From: Balanoglossus misakiensis
Lineage: Eukaryota > Animalia > Hemichordata
Assembly: GCA_040954595.2 (NCBI GenBank)
Contig: CM082580.2
Location: 10,642,390 to 10,706,389, forward strand
DNA length: 64,000 nt
Reading direction: 5' to 3'
The position numbers and the translations under genes were made by a program. The notes under the pieces were generated by a model, which searched no databases, was not told the DNA's origin, and worked only from the letters and a program-made list of their open reading frames with translations. Positions 26,601-39,058 of the stretch are shown piece by piece (position 1 is the stretch's first letter; each line of letters opens with the position of its first letter).

Positions 26601-29600
26601 CGCGGAGGAGCGTGGAGTCCACCTCGAGCGTCGGATCCGCCGTCTTGCAGCTCTCGGCTCCCCCTCCTGGACACCTGAGAACGAACACTGACAGCAGAGC
26701 CAAAGTCTCCGAGGCTCTGGAAAGTCTGGAGTGGAACGTCGGTGAGTTGCAACGCACTGATTCAGTCGACAGCAAACCGCCACCATCTCATCCTCCACCT
26801 TCACTGCTCATCGACGTCGACTCAGAAGTTTCAGGTAATTGTCACGTTAAAGTGCTTGTAAGGGAAATGTGCATAACTCACATGTATGCATGTGTGCTTG
26901 TTTATGTTGAAAATCATGCAGAATGGCCTCTCTATCATATTTCTTGTTGTTGCACTCAGTGTATTGTCCAAAAGAGACATGGTTACTGGTGCTCACATTC
27001 AAGATTTCAAGATGCACAGCTTGCTCAATTTAAAATGCATATCATCATCCATTCATGATCAACCGAGAGTCATTGTGTAAAAATGTGTAGCTTTGATCTC
27101 GCCAACAGCCATCACATCGCAATCAGAGACTGTGTCCCAGTCCTCTGGGTCTGCAGTGGATGATTTGCTCGGATTAGGAGATCCTTTCACAGACGTCCAA
27201 CCCAGTGCGGCAACCACCGCCACCACTACTGATGCATCCGTTAAGCCAAGTCGACCGGCACCCCCAGCTCCCCAAACAGGTGAAGTACTCATTCGATATC
27301 TGAATGGAAATACTGAGTGACAAAACAGTTAAAAGGGGACTAGCTGTAACTTTAGATCTCTTTAAGATCATTGACTTAATACTGATTACTGTTTCCTCGG
27401 TAGCTCCCATACTTTCCATCATGGTGAGTGTGACAGTGTTCCTATGTTGGAATTACCCAGCCTGCGTTATGTGTAAAGTTGGTTATCTTGTGACAAGGCT
27501 TCTTAACAAATACAAACAGATGAGTTTACAAGCGCAAGTTGTAGAGAGTAGAACAAGGAAATTAGCTGTTAATTTATACAGAACAAATATGATGCAAAAA
27601 AGTATGGTTTTTATCAACTTATGTCTTCAATACTATTGCTCTCAGAGTGCATTCAGGTCACTGTAAACACAGCCATACCATTTTAGTTTTAATTAATATT
27701 GAAGCTACATGCAGCATTAGTGGGGCCCAAGGTGATGTGAATAGGCAAAATTTTTAGCAGTAGTGGTCAGTAGAGTTTAACTTTACAAGTACTGTGCAGT
27801 CGTTCAAATAACATCTGAGCTTTTTTTGGAACAGCCTCACTGTCAGACAAAACACATGTTACTCTATTTTTTTTAGATGCAAAAAGTAATTCTTTTTATT
27901 CATTTTTCCCCTGCCATCCAATTTTCCCAATTCCATCCGTATTCCTCTGTCCCCTTCAAATTTTTTACTACACAGTGGAGCTTATCAAACCTCCAGTCAA
28001 TTCAGAAATGCCCTTGTCGCCATCTCGGACTATCAATATAGATGTCACACTCACCTTTGAAAACGAAGGTAAAAATCACATACTCTCCTCTTTTAACCCA
28101 TCCCAGATTCATTTTTTAGGTGATGTTTTCATTTCAGAGTCATCTCACTGTCTGTTTTTCTTAGCTTTTAGATAACGGTAGCTTTGCAAGTCTGCTGTGT
28201 GTGAAAAGTACAATCCTACCACCTCACACTTCTGCTCCCATTCCATCCTGTTGTCTCCAGTATGATTTATTGAAGGCTGTATTGTTGTACAATTATCAGA
28301 GAAAGCTTCATGGAAACTTTTCAAATAACGCAAATCATAAAATGTGCAGTTTCAACTCTTTTTCTTTAAACTAACACAACAATTTTGTGAGCTTATTAAT
28401 CCTAAACCCTCTCCACTCACTTCTAGAAAGTAGATCTTTGTTGCTTTTGTTTTATACCACATATGATTATTGACGTTTTTATACATGTATACTGGTGCTA
28501 TGGCCAATTCGCATCACTTATCAACAAATCAAAAACGGTGTTTTCTAATGGGGGAATCACATTGTTTATCTTAAAATATTAAAGATGCTGTGGTTCTGTA
28601 TAACAAAAAAAATTTAAAGGAGGAATAGTGTTAATGTCCTTGAAGTTGAACTAATATGAAAACAAGTATTAACTCTGGTCTTGAGAGATTGGGTCTCTTG
28701 GAATACATTCTGAATAAAACACAAAACACGCTGCGTTGTATTTGATGGGCTGTCTGTAAGTTTTCAAATGCTAGATTGTATTAACATTAAACAAATATTC
28801 CATTTACTTCCAGCATTGAAAATACAATGTATTCTGAAGGGAGTCGGGGAAGCAGTGATGAGGTCAATAACACTGACCTGGTCAGTGGTATTGACCTCCA
28901 AGGGATTGATATTGACCAGTAGTCTTCTTATATTGACTCCATCACTCATGATTGACTTATCTCTTTCATACAAGAACATAGGTGATGACTGAAGAACCAA
29001 AACCTCACCACATTTCTGTGAAACATCCATTCAACACCAAAAACACCTTTTTTCCCCTCTATTGACCGTTTTTCTAACCTCCGCACAGATTTCTTTTCTA
29101 CAGGCAAGGCACCACCAGTGGCCAGGCCACCACCTCCCAAGAAAGTGCCACCAAGACCAGCACCACCAAGGTCAAGACCGCAGACCATTGTGGAAGATGA
29201 AATCCTGGGTCCACTCAGGCCTGGAGGTGAGCTGTCAATTGTTCTCTGTGTCATGCTTAACCTTTTTGACATATGATAAGAAGGCAGGTATTTTTTTTAT
29301 ACCTGCATGTTAGCCCAGTGTTAGCATATTGGAAAATCACCCTTTTGCTGTACTGTAGATATAATACTGTGCCTGGACTTGATCATCTTGAGTGTTGACC
29401 AGCGCGCCCTCACTCGTCAAGTATTTGTGCAGGTGTTTTGTTTACATAATGCCTATTGTAATGTCATAATAATACCTTGTAAACAATAGATTGTCATGCG
29501 TGTTGTAACAGTTTTATCATTTGATATATGCATTAGACAGGCTCATAATAAAACACATGGTAATCAATAATCACAGAAATGGCAATGCACTCCACAATAA

Positions 29601-32600
29601 TATAGTTTTAGTAACGTAAACTGTTACAAACTATATGAGATGTTGATGATAAATCTTGGCAATCATTAATTGGCCTGATAGCTTCCCCAATCTTATAACC
29701 TTTGTACCTACCACGCAATGCCAGCTTGAATAGTGACACAATTATTGTGGTGTAATCGTTTCACTGTGGCCAATTTTTTGGCCTGCCTGTGTGACACAAG
29801 AGGTACAATAGGACTATATCTATATCTGTATTGTGGGTTTGTAGTTGTTGACACAATCTTTACGGTAAGGTTCTCCCAATTCTGTTGGTAGAGTTTCTGT
29901 GTACGTGTATGCCCTTAGTTACTCTAGTCTTCCCTAGTATACCAAGCGCTGACTGCGATCGCGTGTCATAAAATTCTCTGAATTGTTTCCACTGTGTGGT
30001 ACAAATGACAATTTATGGGCTGTGTCACACTGAAGTACTTTTACATGGGTTACCAACATCATATATGAAAAAGTTTTGAATTGCGTACTTGCCTTGTACA
30101 TGTAAGTCTTCTGATCCAGTAATTATTGAGAAAGACCAGTGAAGACCACTGTAGTGTATACGGGCATAGCTACTCTGTCATTTGTGACCATGTAAACATT
30201 CACATATTGGCTCTGTTCTAGTTTATCATTTACTTCCTGATATAATCATGTAGCACATGTGTATAACTTCATGCCGTCAAATACCGGTACATGTACCAGG
30301 TATACCTTAAAAGAAGAGCCTTAGCAAACTAACAGTGTACAATTTGATTTATTTCATGATCAACACTGTGTTTTTTGTTTAGGGCGGTAGCCAGGTAAAT
30401 GTTACCAAGGTTAATTTTAACCGCCTTGGTGTTATATTCATACTGTTAAATTAATGGGTGGCAGAAGTGTTAACTTGGTCCTCAAATTATTTACCAATGT
30501 TCCCCAACCTTAGCAAAAACAGTGACATATTTTTTGACAGAGTTTAACTATTTAACCAGGGTCATGCGTTGAATTCCGTGTAGTTAATCAACAAAATTGG
30601 ATTATTAACCAGCCAGTTTATGAGATATAGGAATCATCATGTATATGATATTCATCATTGTCTGATATTCCGTTTACATTTGTCAGGGAGAGCCATGGAC
30701 CAGAATGAAGAATACATCGCTTCATTGGAAGTCAGGATCAATCAGTTAGATGTGGAAATATATGTGAGTCAAACATAAATTCTTCTCTTTCACCATTAGT
30801 GGGTTAATTTACATTATGCATAACCCAGAAAAGCCTGAAGTTAACAATATGTCCCATACATGTACATGTATGTACGTTGCAGGCCAATAAGGAGAGCAAG
30901 ACAAAGTTGGAAGAAATGATAAAAGTTGTGAGTGAAGAGAACAGAGAAGAAGTCACATGTCAGTTGAAGGAATGTGACGCTGAAATTGATAAATTGACAG
31001 AAGAACAGAACTGGGTTAAAGGTATAGTCAGCTCATGTATCTGCAGTGTTTTGAACCAGTCCTGAAAGATCGTCTGAAATATAAATTTAATCCCCATCAG
31101 TATACGCTTAACTGGAGGCATCGATCTGTGATCCAGCAAAATGAATGCCTAAACCACTGAAAAATGTTGGCCACTGAGAATATTTGCAAGGTTTCCGGCC
31201 AGGCTACATTTTTTGCAGATGTCTTTTTTAAATGCTCCATTCTGCAATCAAGAATATCTCTGCAACCAGAGGTATCAAGGTGCCCCAACACCTTTGACAT
31301 TTATATATTGTACAAATGATGTCTCACCAAAGTGTTTGTTCTGTGTATAGCATTAGTAATTGTTACAAATGTCACTACTGAGAGATGGTACTTATCCACA
31401 TTGTGTTTTTTTGTGTGTGTTTGTCTTTTCAAGGCGAGTTGAAACAGCTCAGACCAGATCCAATCGGCGACATCAAGAGAAAAAATGCCCAGATGAGAAC
31501 CAAAGTGGTTGATGAGCTGATGAAGACAGAACGAGATTACGTCAAGGATATCAAATTATGCTACGAGGGTTTTATCGGCTCCCTGAAAGGCCAAAAGGTT
31601 AGCGTGGTGTTTTTACTAAACATACTTCTTGTTTCGAATCCGACGTTTTATTACTGGCTTTAAAGATAAGCACATCACTAGAAATTCACCTCATGGTTTC
31701 TGTATCTTTTGACAAGAGGTTTTATTGCAGGAAGGATGAATGTTTTTCAATGGTTTTCAAGTGGGCAGATGTGTACAGCATGGGCAAGAAGGGAATCTGC
31801 CAGATATTCAAGTGCATTCTCTGTAAAATATTTTAACCGTTTAAATATACAAAAAGTATCTAATTCTGATGGTTCCACTACAGTTTGAAATGTTGAATTT
31901 AATGGGGATCTGAAAGTGACGATTAATTTGAGATATTGTACTGTGGTATATGTAAAGTACATGATGTTCATATGTACAATGTACATGTATCGTCACAGTC
32001 TCAGAGATCACCTGTGTGTATGTATGTGTGTGTCACACATTGCCAGTACAAACAAAAGTCTGTTTTATTCCTCTTCCACTGACATGAATATTGAACAATG
32101 TGATTGCTGTTTCAGTTCCAGACATTAATCGCCAGAACCAAGACAGCACAACAGGAAGAGGAAAATAATAAGAACAAGCTCTCCAAATCCGCTGTTGGTT
32201 TTTGTTTTAATTTTTACACCTTTTTTTCTCTGTAGAGTGATATATTTTCTATAAAGCTTTCCTTTTGTATCAAGTGCTGAGTTTCCAGTGATGCACTTGA
32301 TACGAATAGTAAACTCTGTGTAACTCCCAAGCTCGTTCTCTTCTGCATGCACCCACTAACATGACTCTACTGCATGGCAGATGGTATGTCTAACCTGCTT
32401 TCCGATGAAGTCCAGTGGCTTTTAGTTTTACATGCATACTTTTTTACAGTCAGCCTCTTTTACATTGACTCAAAATCTGCTTGATTTCTTGAAAATTGGA
32501 TTTAAATTGTCAGCCAATGTCCATGAAATTTCTCCCGAATTTATCAAAAATGTTGAGCTTGAATGACACATCTTCTGTTTAGATACATAACTAATACCGT

Positions 32601-35600
32601 ATGTGATGTTCAGAAGGAATGAAAGGCATGATTCTAACATTTTACTGTGTGTGCGCTGTACTGACATCCAGCTTTCTAGATCTTGTGATAACCTGTGTAT
32701 TTGTGACACACTTCAATCCAATAGATTGCACTCTTACAATATACCCCTGGTACTGACTAACTTAATACTTATTCCCTTTCTTCTCCTGTCTTCTGCATTG
32801 ATGAGAACGGTTGATGCAACGGAACAAGTATACCCACTGTCTTCTCCAGCATGACTCTTAAACACTAACATTTTCACTTTTTTCCTCTGCCTGTTTATTT
32901 CTGCCTGTTTACCAATCTGACATGGAGTGCATGAACTCTCCTAGTTCTCTTCACTGTGTTCTGTTGCCTAGCACCCAAACCCAGGCCTAACCCCCTTGCA
33001 GCCATATTCATTCTAACAGACAGTTCTTGCCCCCTGCAGGTCGTGGTGATGGGACACTCACAACTTTCACTTCACTTCAAGCACACAGCCAGCTGAAAAC
33101 CAATCACATACTGACTGCTCTCATTTGCTTTACAGACATTTTTTTTCTACTTCTGAAATCCAGCTCTTGATCATCCTAATACCCTTTACACCAAACAGAA
33201 ACATGCTGCTTAATTTGTCTCTCATTTTAATATGCACAGTTTTGTTTTCATCTGTATTTCAAAAACATAAGATCACTTTCTAATTGCTTTTTAAAAGACT
33301 AATGTTGCTTATACTCCAGTTAACTGGCAAGCATATTTTTTTTCCAAAAAGGATATTTCAACTAAAAATATAAAAAGTTGTGTCATTACAAATCTCCTTC
33401 TTAGGAATAAATTTTAAATAATTTTAATTTAGTAAATTTTGTGTGATGGTCTTGTAGTAGTTTTGCTTTTACAAAAAGCGGTGGCAGAATTTTCAACCGT
33501 GGTGACTTCCCTAGCTTTTGCTTGACTTTCTATGATGAAAATTTCACTCAGTAGTAATGACATTCCCATTTAAGGTGTTTAGAATTATTTGAAGGCTATT
33601 GGAATAATAAAGAAAAAACACAAACCTTAGTCAGTTTGTCAAAAGTACTATCTTTGAACCTCTGTATTAGCTTATTTGTATAATTCACTGCATCGAAATT
33701 TGATGGGACAAGAATTTTTTTGTCAAATTAGGGCAGAATGAATTGATTTTATGCGTGTCTCATTTATTTCCAGACCAAAGGATTAGAACTGGATATATTG
33801 TTCGGCAATGTGGAACATGTTATTGATGTGTCAGAAAGATTTCTTGAAAATTTGGAAGAAAACATCAGTAGGAAACCGATAGAAGAACAGCTTGCAGGTC
33901 AGTAGAAGGAAGAGTAGGCACATAACAGACATTTTTTTCTCAGCAAATCTTTTCAAGATAATATCTGTCTCCATCCTTGCACCACAAAACTACTGGTTTT
34001 CTCTCTGTAGGTTTGTGTTTCCTCGACTTTTCTAAAGAGCTGGAGGAGAAGTACTCGCAGTACTGTCGGAACCATGATGAAGCCATTGCACTTTTGGAAA
34101 AGGTGAGGTCTGAGGCAGGCTGATGAAAACTTTCAGAAAATCTCTGAGTCATTCTGCTTGTAAGCATTAACCCTTTCACCACCATGGTTTGTACAGGGTT
34201 CCTTTGGGTGTTTCGCGTTATCAACATCAGTTGTTTACTCATTGAATGACAAAATGTAATGTTGTGAATTGCATTTCAGTATGAAGATAACCCAGAGATA
34301 CAAGAGTATATAAGCGATGGCCTTGCAATCGTCAGGTAAATTTAAATTTTGTGGAAGTGTGCTTTAGCCAAAAGTACCAGAGCTTATCCTCGATGAGAGC
34401 CCTTGAAAAATATTTGGGCCATCGATGATGGTAAAATGTTGACCACTTGATGATTTTACTTCCATACTATGCTATGAAAAGAGCACATTGTTACACAGAG
34501 AAGAGCTCTGAATTGACATCACTATCTGTCCTTTCTTTCAGACAAAGTACTAACTGTTGGGATTTGGCATCATTCCTCATCAAACCAGTCCAGAGAATAC
34601 TGAAATATCCATTGTTGCTGAATGAACTCATCAAGGTGACAGAAGATGAGCACATTGATAAAAGTAATCTGTTACAAGCCATCAACACCATGACAGATGT
34701 AGCTACTGCTATCAATGAATTCAAGAGGAGGAAAGACTTAGGTGAGTAGAGATAGTCACACTTCATTTCTTCAGCCTGCTTTCTTTTGCTTCTGAAAATA
34801 ATATCTTTTAGTAAAAGTGCAATATATGAATATGATTTTCAAGAAGTTGTCGATCAAGTGACAGGGTTTAGTTTTCAGTTTTCCAACTGAAGGTGGCCCT
34901 TGTCATATAATCTCCAAAACTTGCAGTTCATATTCGAACTTCCCTGATATTAATGTGTTGGTTACTCTTATTAATGTGACCCAGTCAATTACTGACCCAT
35001 AATCAACTTTGTGCTTTAGTCTTGAAGTACAGGAAATCAGACACAGACACAATATCCAACAAACTCGGAAAGCTTAACTTGCATTCCATCCGCAAGAAAT
35101 CCCAGAGAATGAACCAGAGATTCTCTCAAGTCACTGGACTTGTTACACAGGTGAGAAATTAGTCTTCTGTATGGAGAAACCACATTGCACTGCCACTGAC
35201 AAATATGCTGTGTTACTTGGCCTGAGCCAGCAGATATCCTCCATTGACAGAATGCTCCATGTAAACAGATATCACACGTATGTGTAAGTAGTGGTTATCA
35301 GCTCATGACTGACTTCACCAAAAATTCATGTTTCTCTCTCTGCAGACAGTAGATGAAGAGTTTGTGGAAGAGGAGAGAAAATTCAGAGACCTGGAAAAGA
35401 CAATCAAGATATTTGTAAAAGATGTCAATACCTATCTTGAGAAGTTGCAGGTGGGTATTACTTAATATATAACAGGTTGAGACGTGCCTATAGTTGAATG
35501 TGGCTAGATGTGTCTGTTCTAAGCCAGTTCCTTGGCCATATTGAGATAACGATAAAATGTGTTCCATTGTTTTATCCAGGAAGCCACATCGGAACAAGCA

Positions 35601-38600
35601 GTTTTATCAGAGGACATTGCTGATTACTATGCCAACCAAGCCAATTTAGATGAAGTGGCCAAGTACAGCAAATCGCAGCGGGATTTAGCCAATAAATTAT
35701 ACAAAAATTATGTAAGTCTTTGTTCTTATCTGTCTGAATTGTGTCTGAATACTCCTACATGTATTAAGTCCAAACATAGAACTAACAAACTTGCATGCAT
35801 CGCTTACTAATTGATGCATATGCTCTCGTATTTTTTTCCTCATTTGCAGACTTTGTTTGTACAGCAGAGGGTTGTATCACCCCTCAACCAGCTACTCATT
35901 ATGTTCCAAGGTCCTCACAAACTCATCCAGAAAAGATTTGATAAACTTCTCGATTACGACAGTGCTTTACAGAAAGGTGAAAAGAGCAAAAGTGAGAAAA
36001 CAAAGGTGAGATTTCCGAGTCATGCAGATAAGTATAACTCTGAGGTAAATTCCGTTGTTGAATAGATTTGAGTGTGGAAACTTTAACCTTTTGGACCCGG
36101 CTTGGAAGAAAACCACCAAAGGATCAATCACTCCAAGCTGCGAACAGACAACGTTACAAAGAAAAGGGAAAGGAAAGGAAAGAGAAAAAATGTTATTAAT
36201 GGACTATAAGAGACTTCACTGAAAAGGCAATATAGTGCTTGTGTAAAGAACAGTACGCTTGAAAGTTTCAGGTAATTTGAGGAGTTTTGCATTGTGTTGG
36301 GCTTAGGTGACATAATGGAAGTTATGCACACCTCACGAGTTTCAGATGAGACGTCTTGTGTTATGGCACCCTCTGCAGCCAAACCTAAAGGCCCATTTCT
36401 ATTTTCACAATGAACTACAGTGCATGATACTTGGCAATGGTCCAATGGATCAGCCTCTTCTCACTGTAATAGCCAGTGCTGCCCTCTCGAAGCTGATAAC
36501 ACTCTTGTTCCAATGCTTTGTCTCTCCGTCTCTTGCTGTCCATTCCATGCAGTCTAAACTCAAGGAGATAGAGGAGGAAAAAGAGTCGGATAGTCCCAAG
36601 GTTACCAAATATCAAGGAATAAAGGAGAAAGATAAAGACAAACAACCGAAAGAGGTTGGAATTGACTAGTTCAACTTTCTGGTTGTACTCTAGTGTGGCC
36701 CATCCTATGTGTAGATTTCCATTTCTTTAGTTGGATTAGACTTCACCACAAAGCATGATTTTTGGTGTGTTTCTTTTATTTTCATGGTATTTTTTTTAAC
36801 ATCATAGTTTTGGTCTCAGTTTTGGTAGTTTTCAGTTAGTAGTTTTTACATTTGGTTTTCCCAGCTCTGTGTGGTTGACAGCATATAGCGTTACAAGCCT
36901 TTCAGAAATCTCTCTCACGAGACAAGGCAATCACAATGGAGTCAAATCGAAGTTTTCAACCATAAAACGAGAGAAAATTGGAGTATGAGCTTGTACAGTA
37001 ATTGTGCTGTCAGTTTTTTCCTCGACCATCCTCTCCCAACCCTTGTAGCTTGCAGTTAGCAGCGTGTGTATTCATGTATTGTGTCAGTTTGTTGTAGCAT
37101 GTGGTTACCCATATACCATACATGTACCTAAATCAAGAAGACTAGATTTACATGTATATGTTGTGTACGAGTCCTTCACAAACTGTACTGTTGTAGTGTA
37201 GTGGGATTTCATGTGTGGGAATCCTGAAGATTTCTGGAAGATGTGAAAAACTTCTATCTTTCACATATCAATTTGATTAATGATTGAATGATTGTAAGGC
37301 AGTTATATCTCCAGTTGACTGACTACGTTTAATTTTAAAGAGGGAACTGGGGGTGAAAGGGTTAACCCCCTGCTCATTTGCGTGCATGTCTCTTCTCTCC
37401 CTGCAGACCAAAGATGAGCGGAAGCTGGCCCTGAAGAACTACGAAGCGCTCAACAAACAATTGCTGGATGAAATGCCTAAGCTGTACAGCATGTCAATCA
37501 CTCTACTCAAAGAGTGCGTGCAATCCTTCATAGAGGCTGAACGGGATCACTTTGACGCCACGCTCAAGCATCTCTATCCACTGCTCAAGGTAGTTTTTGG
37601 AATTTTTTGTTAAAATACTGTTGGTTTCTGGGGTTTTTCTGTCTGGTCATTCAATACCAATAGAATGCATTCTACACACTCAGTGACCAATCTTTCATTC
37701 CGCTTTTGATTCCCAGCTACCAATGATTCTAGACAGCTCAAGGGAGAACATCCTGAACGACTTCAACACCAAGAACGAACAAGCCACGGAGAAGTTCATG
37801 TCCTTCACTTTTGTGCCCAGAAATTTCGACAAGAAGTCCGGAGACAAGAAGTCGATAAAGAAGGTACCCTCGCCAACAAAACAGGCGCAAACACAGGTAA
37901 ACGTCGTTGATGATCAACCACTGATTTTAATTACCATGACAAGAAGTGCAAATTTTGGAAAACCCACATTTGGGGAAGAAAGTGCAGTAAGTAATTTTGT
38001 TCCTGCATCTGACTTGTTATCCAGCAACTTGCAACACAGGGGGATGGGCAGAAGACCTACTTGCTGTCCAAGTACCTGAGTGATCAGCTGCATAGAATCA
38101 CACTAGACTACACAGCCAGAGACTCTATGGACATCAGCGTCAAGAAGGGAGACCTGGTCGGAGTCATCAAGAAGCAGGACCCCATGGGTGGTTCAGAGAA
38201 GTGGTATGTCGACAATGGAGGTATGTTCTGCTCAGCTTTAATCTGCCCTCGTCCATACTTTTGGCATATACATTGTACCTTCGTCTTTTTGTTCATGAAC
38301 ACCTGTAAATCTGTGGTCTTTCTGCTGGTGCTTGTAACGTTCACTTGTGTATATAAGGTGATTTTGTATGCCGTGTTCACATGTTTAACTCGCATATAAT
38401 GCCCCTCAAAAACAGCCTTACATTGTGACTTTTTACACCTCTTAACCTGTCACGCTCACTATTCTGTTGCAGCATCACAGGGCTTTGTGCCGTCGTGCAT
38501 CATGGAGCCGTGCGGAGACGAACTGAAAGGCGCTCCGATCGCGTCCATATCCGATCTGAGCAGCAGTTCACAGTCGCAGGCTGAGGTCAGTTTCACTGAG

Positions 38601-39058
38601 GAAGACTACGGTGCCCGCAGCCATCAATACCAGCAAGAGCCGCAAGAACCCGTCTGTCAGGTTTGTATTCCTTCAGTCGATGTTTTACTCAAGCTTTATT
38701 TGTCTGTTCCTCGTACTTTATCTGCTCTCCAGATCGCCTGTGCAAATAACGGCATCACATGCACAGACCAAGCAGTTATATAACTGGTAGTTTCTTTAAA
38801 TTTTTTGTTTTTTAATTCGTATGAAATTAACGTCTTATTCATAGTATCTCTTTTATTGTCTCTTCTGCCTACCAACAGTATTACTATGCGGAGTGGGCGT
38901 TTGAAGCGACGGGCCCCAACGAGGTCAGTCTCGGTGAAGGCGAAGCGGTCCGGGTGGTTGCACAGTACGACCTAGAGGGCAATCCCGAGTGGTGGCTGGT
39001 GGAGAAGAACGGACAACAGGGATACGTGCCCGCTAACTACCTAGCCAGGATCGAGTGA
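23633..39058 (+). CDS. DNMBP: Dynamin-binding protein / Tuba (SH3 x5, Pro-rich, DH, BAR, SH3 x2), ~1830 aa
   Basis: Phase-consistent exons 23633-23879, 24095-24205, 24378-26834, 27109-27279, 27976-28068, 29104-29226, 30687-30763, 30883-31021, 31434-31597, 33774-33897, 34011-34102, 34280-34335, 34542-34741, 35020-35150, 35346-35450, 35580-35711, 35850-36005, 37407-37589, 37717-37896, 38025-38220, 38473-38660, 38879-39058. DH motifs [10 protein letters not shown] and [19 protein letters not shown]; [20 protein letters not shown] and [13 protein letters not shown] with no PH domain; terminal SH3 DLEGNPEWW...GYVPANYL. Confidence 0.95.
32116..32193 (+). CDS. Candidate DNMBP cassette exon (26 aa, phase 0-0) in the DH domain
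   Basis: TGCTGTTTCAG|[26 protein letters not shown]|GTTGGT, frame-preserving; donor is weak. Confidence 0.5.
32381..32383 (+). CDS. Candidate 3-nt microexon (Met) of DNMBP
   Basis: CACTAAC branch point ... TGCATGGCAG|ATG|GTATGT within a phase-0 intron. Confidence 0.5.
36553..36654 (+). CDS. Candidate DNMBP cassette exon (34 aa, charged) in the BAR domain
   Basis: Polypyrimidine tract with ATGCAG|[34 protein letters not shown]|GTTGGA, phase 0-0, purine-rich. Confidence 0.6.

Noticed and set aside
25320-26804. Multiple alternative-frame and antisense ORFs in the GC-rich exon
   Set aside because: Expected from low stop-codon density; no recognisable domains
24353-27058. 901-aa ORF as a stand-alone gene
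   Set aside because: It is DNMBP exon 3 (24378-26834) plus read-through into the flanking introns
32754-32945. Further microexons after branch-point/polypyrimidine tracts at ~32805 and ~32928
   Set aside because: No frame-preserving exon with a credible donor could be defined
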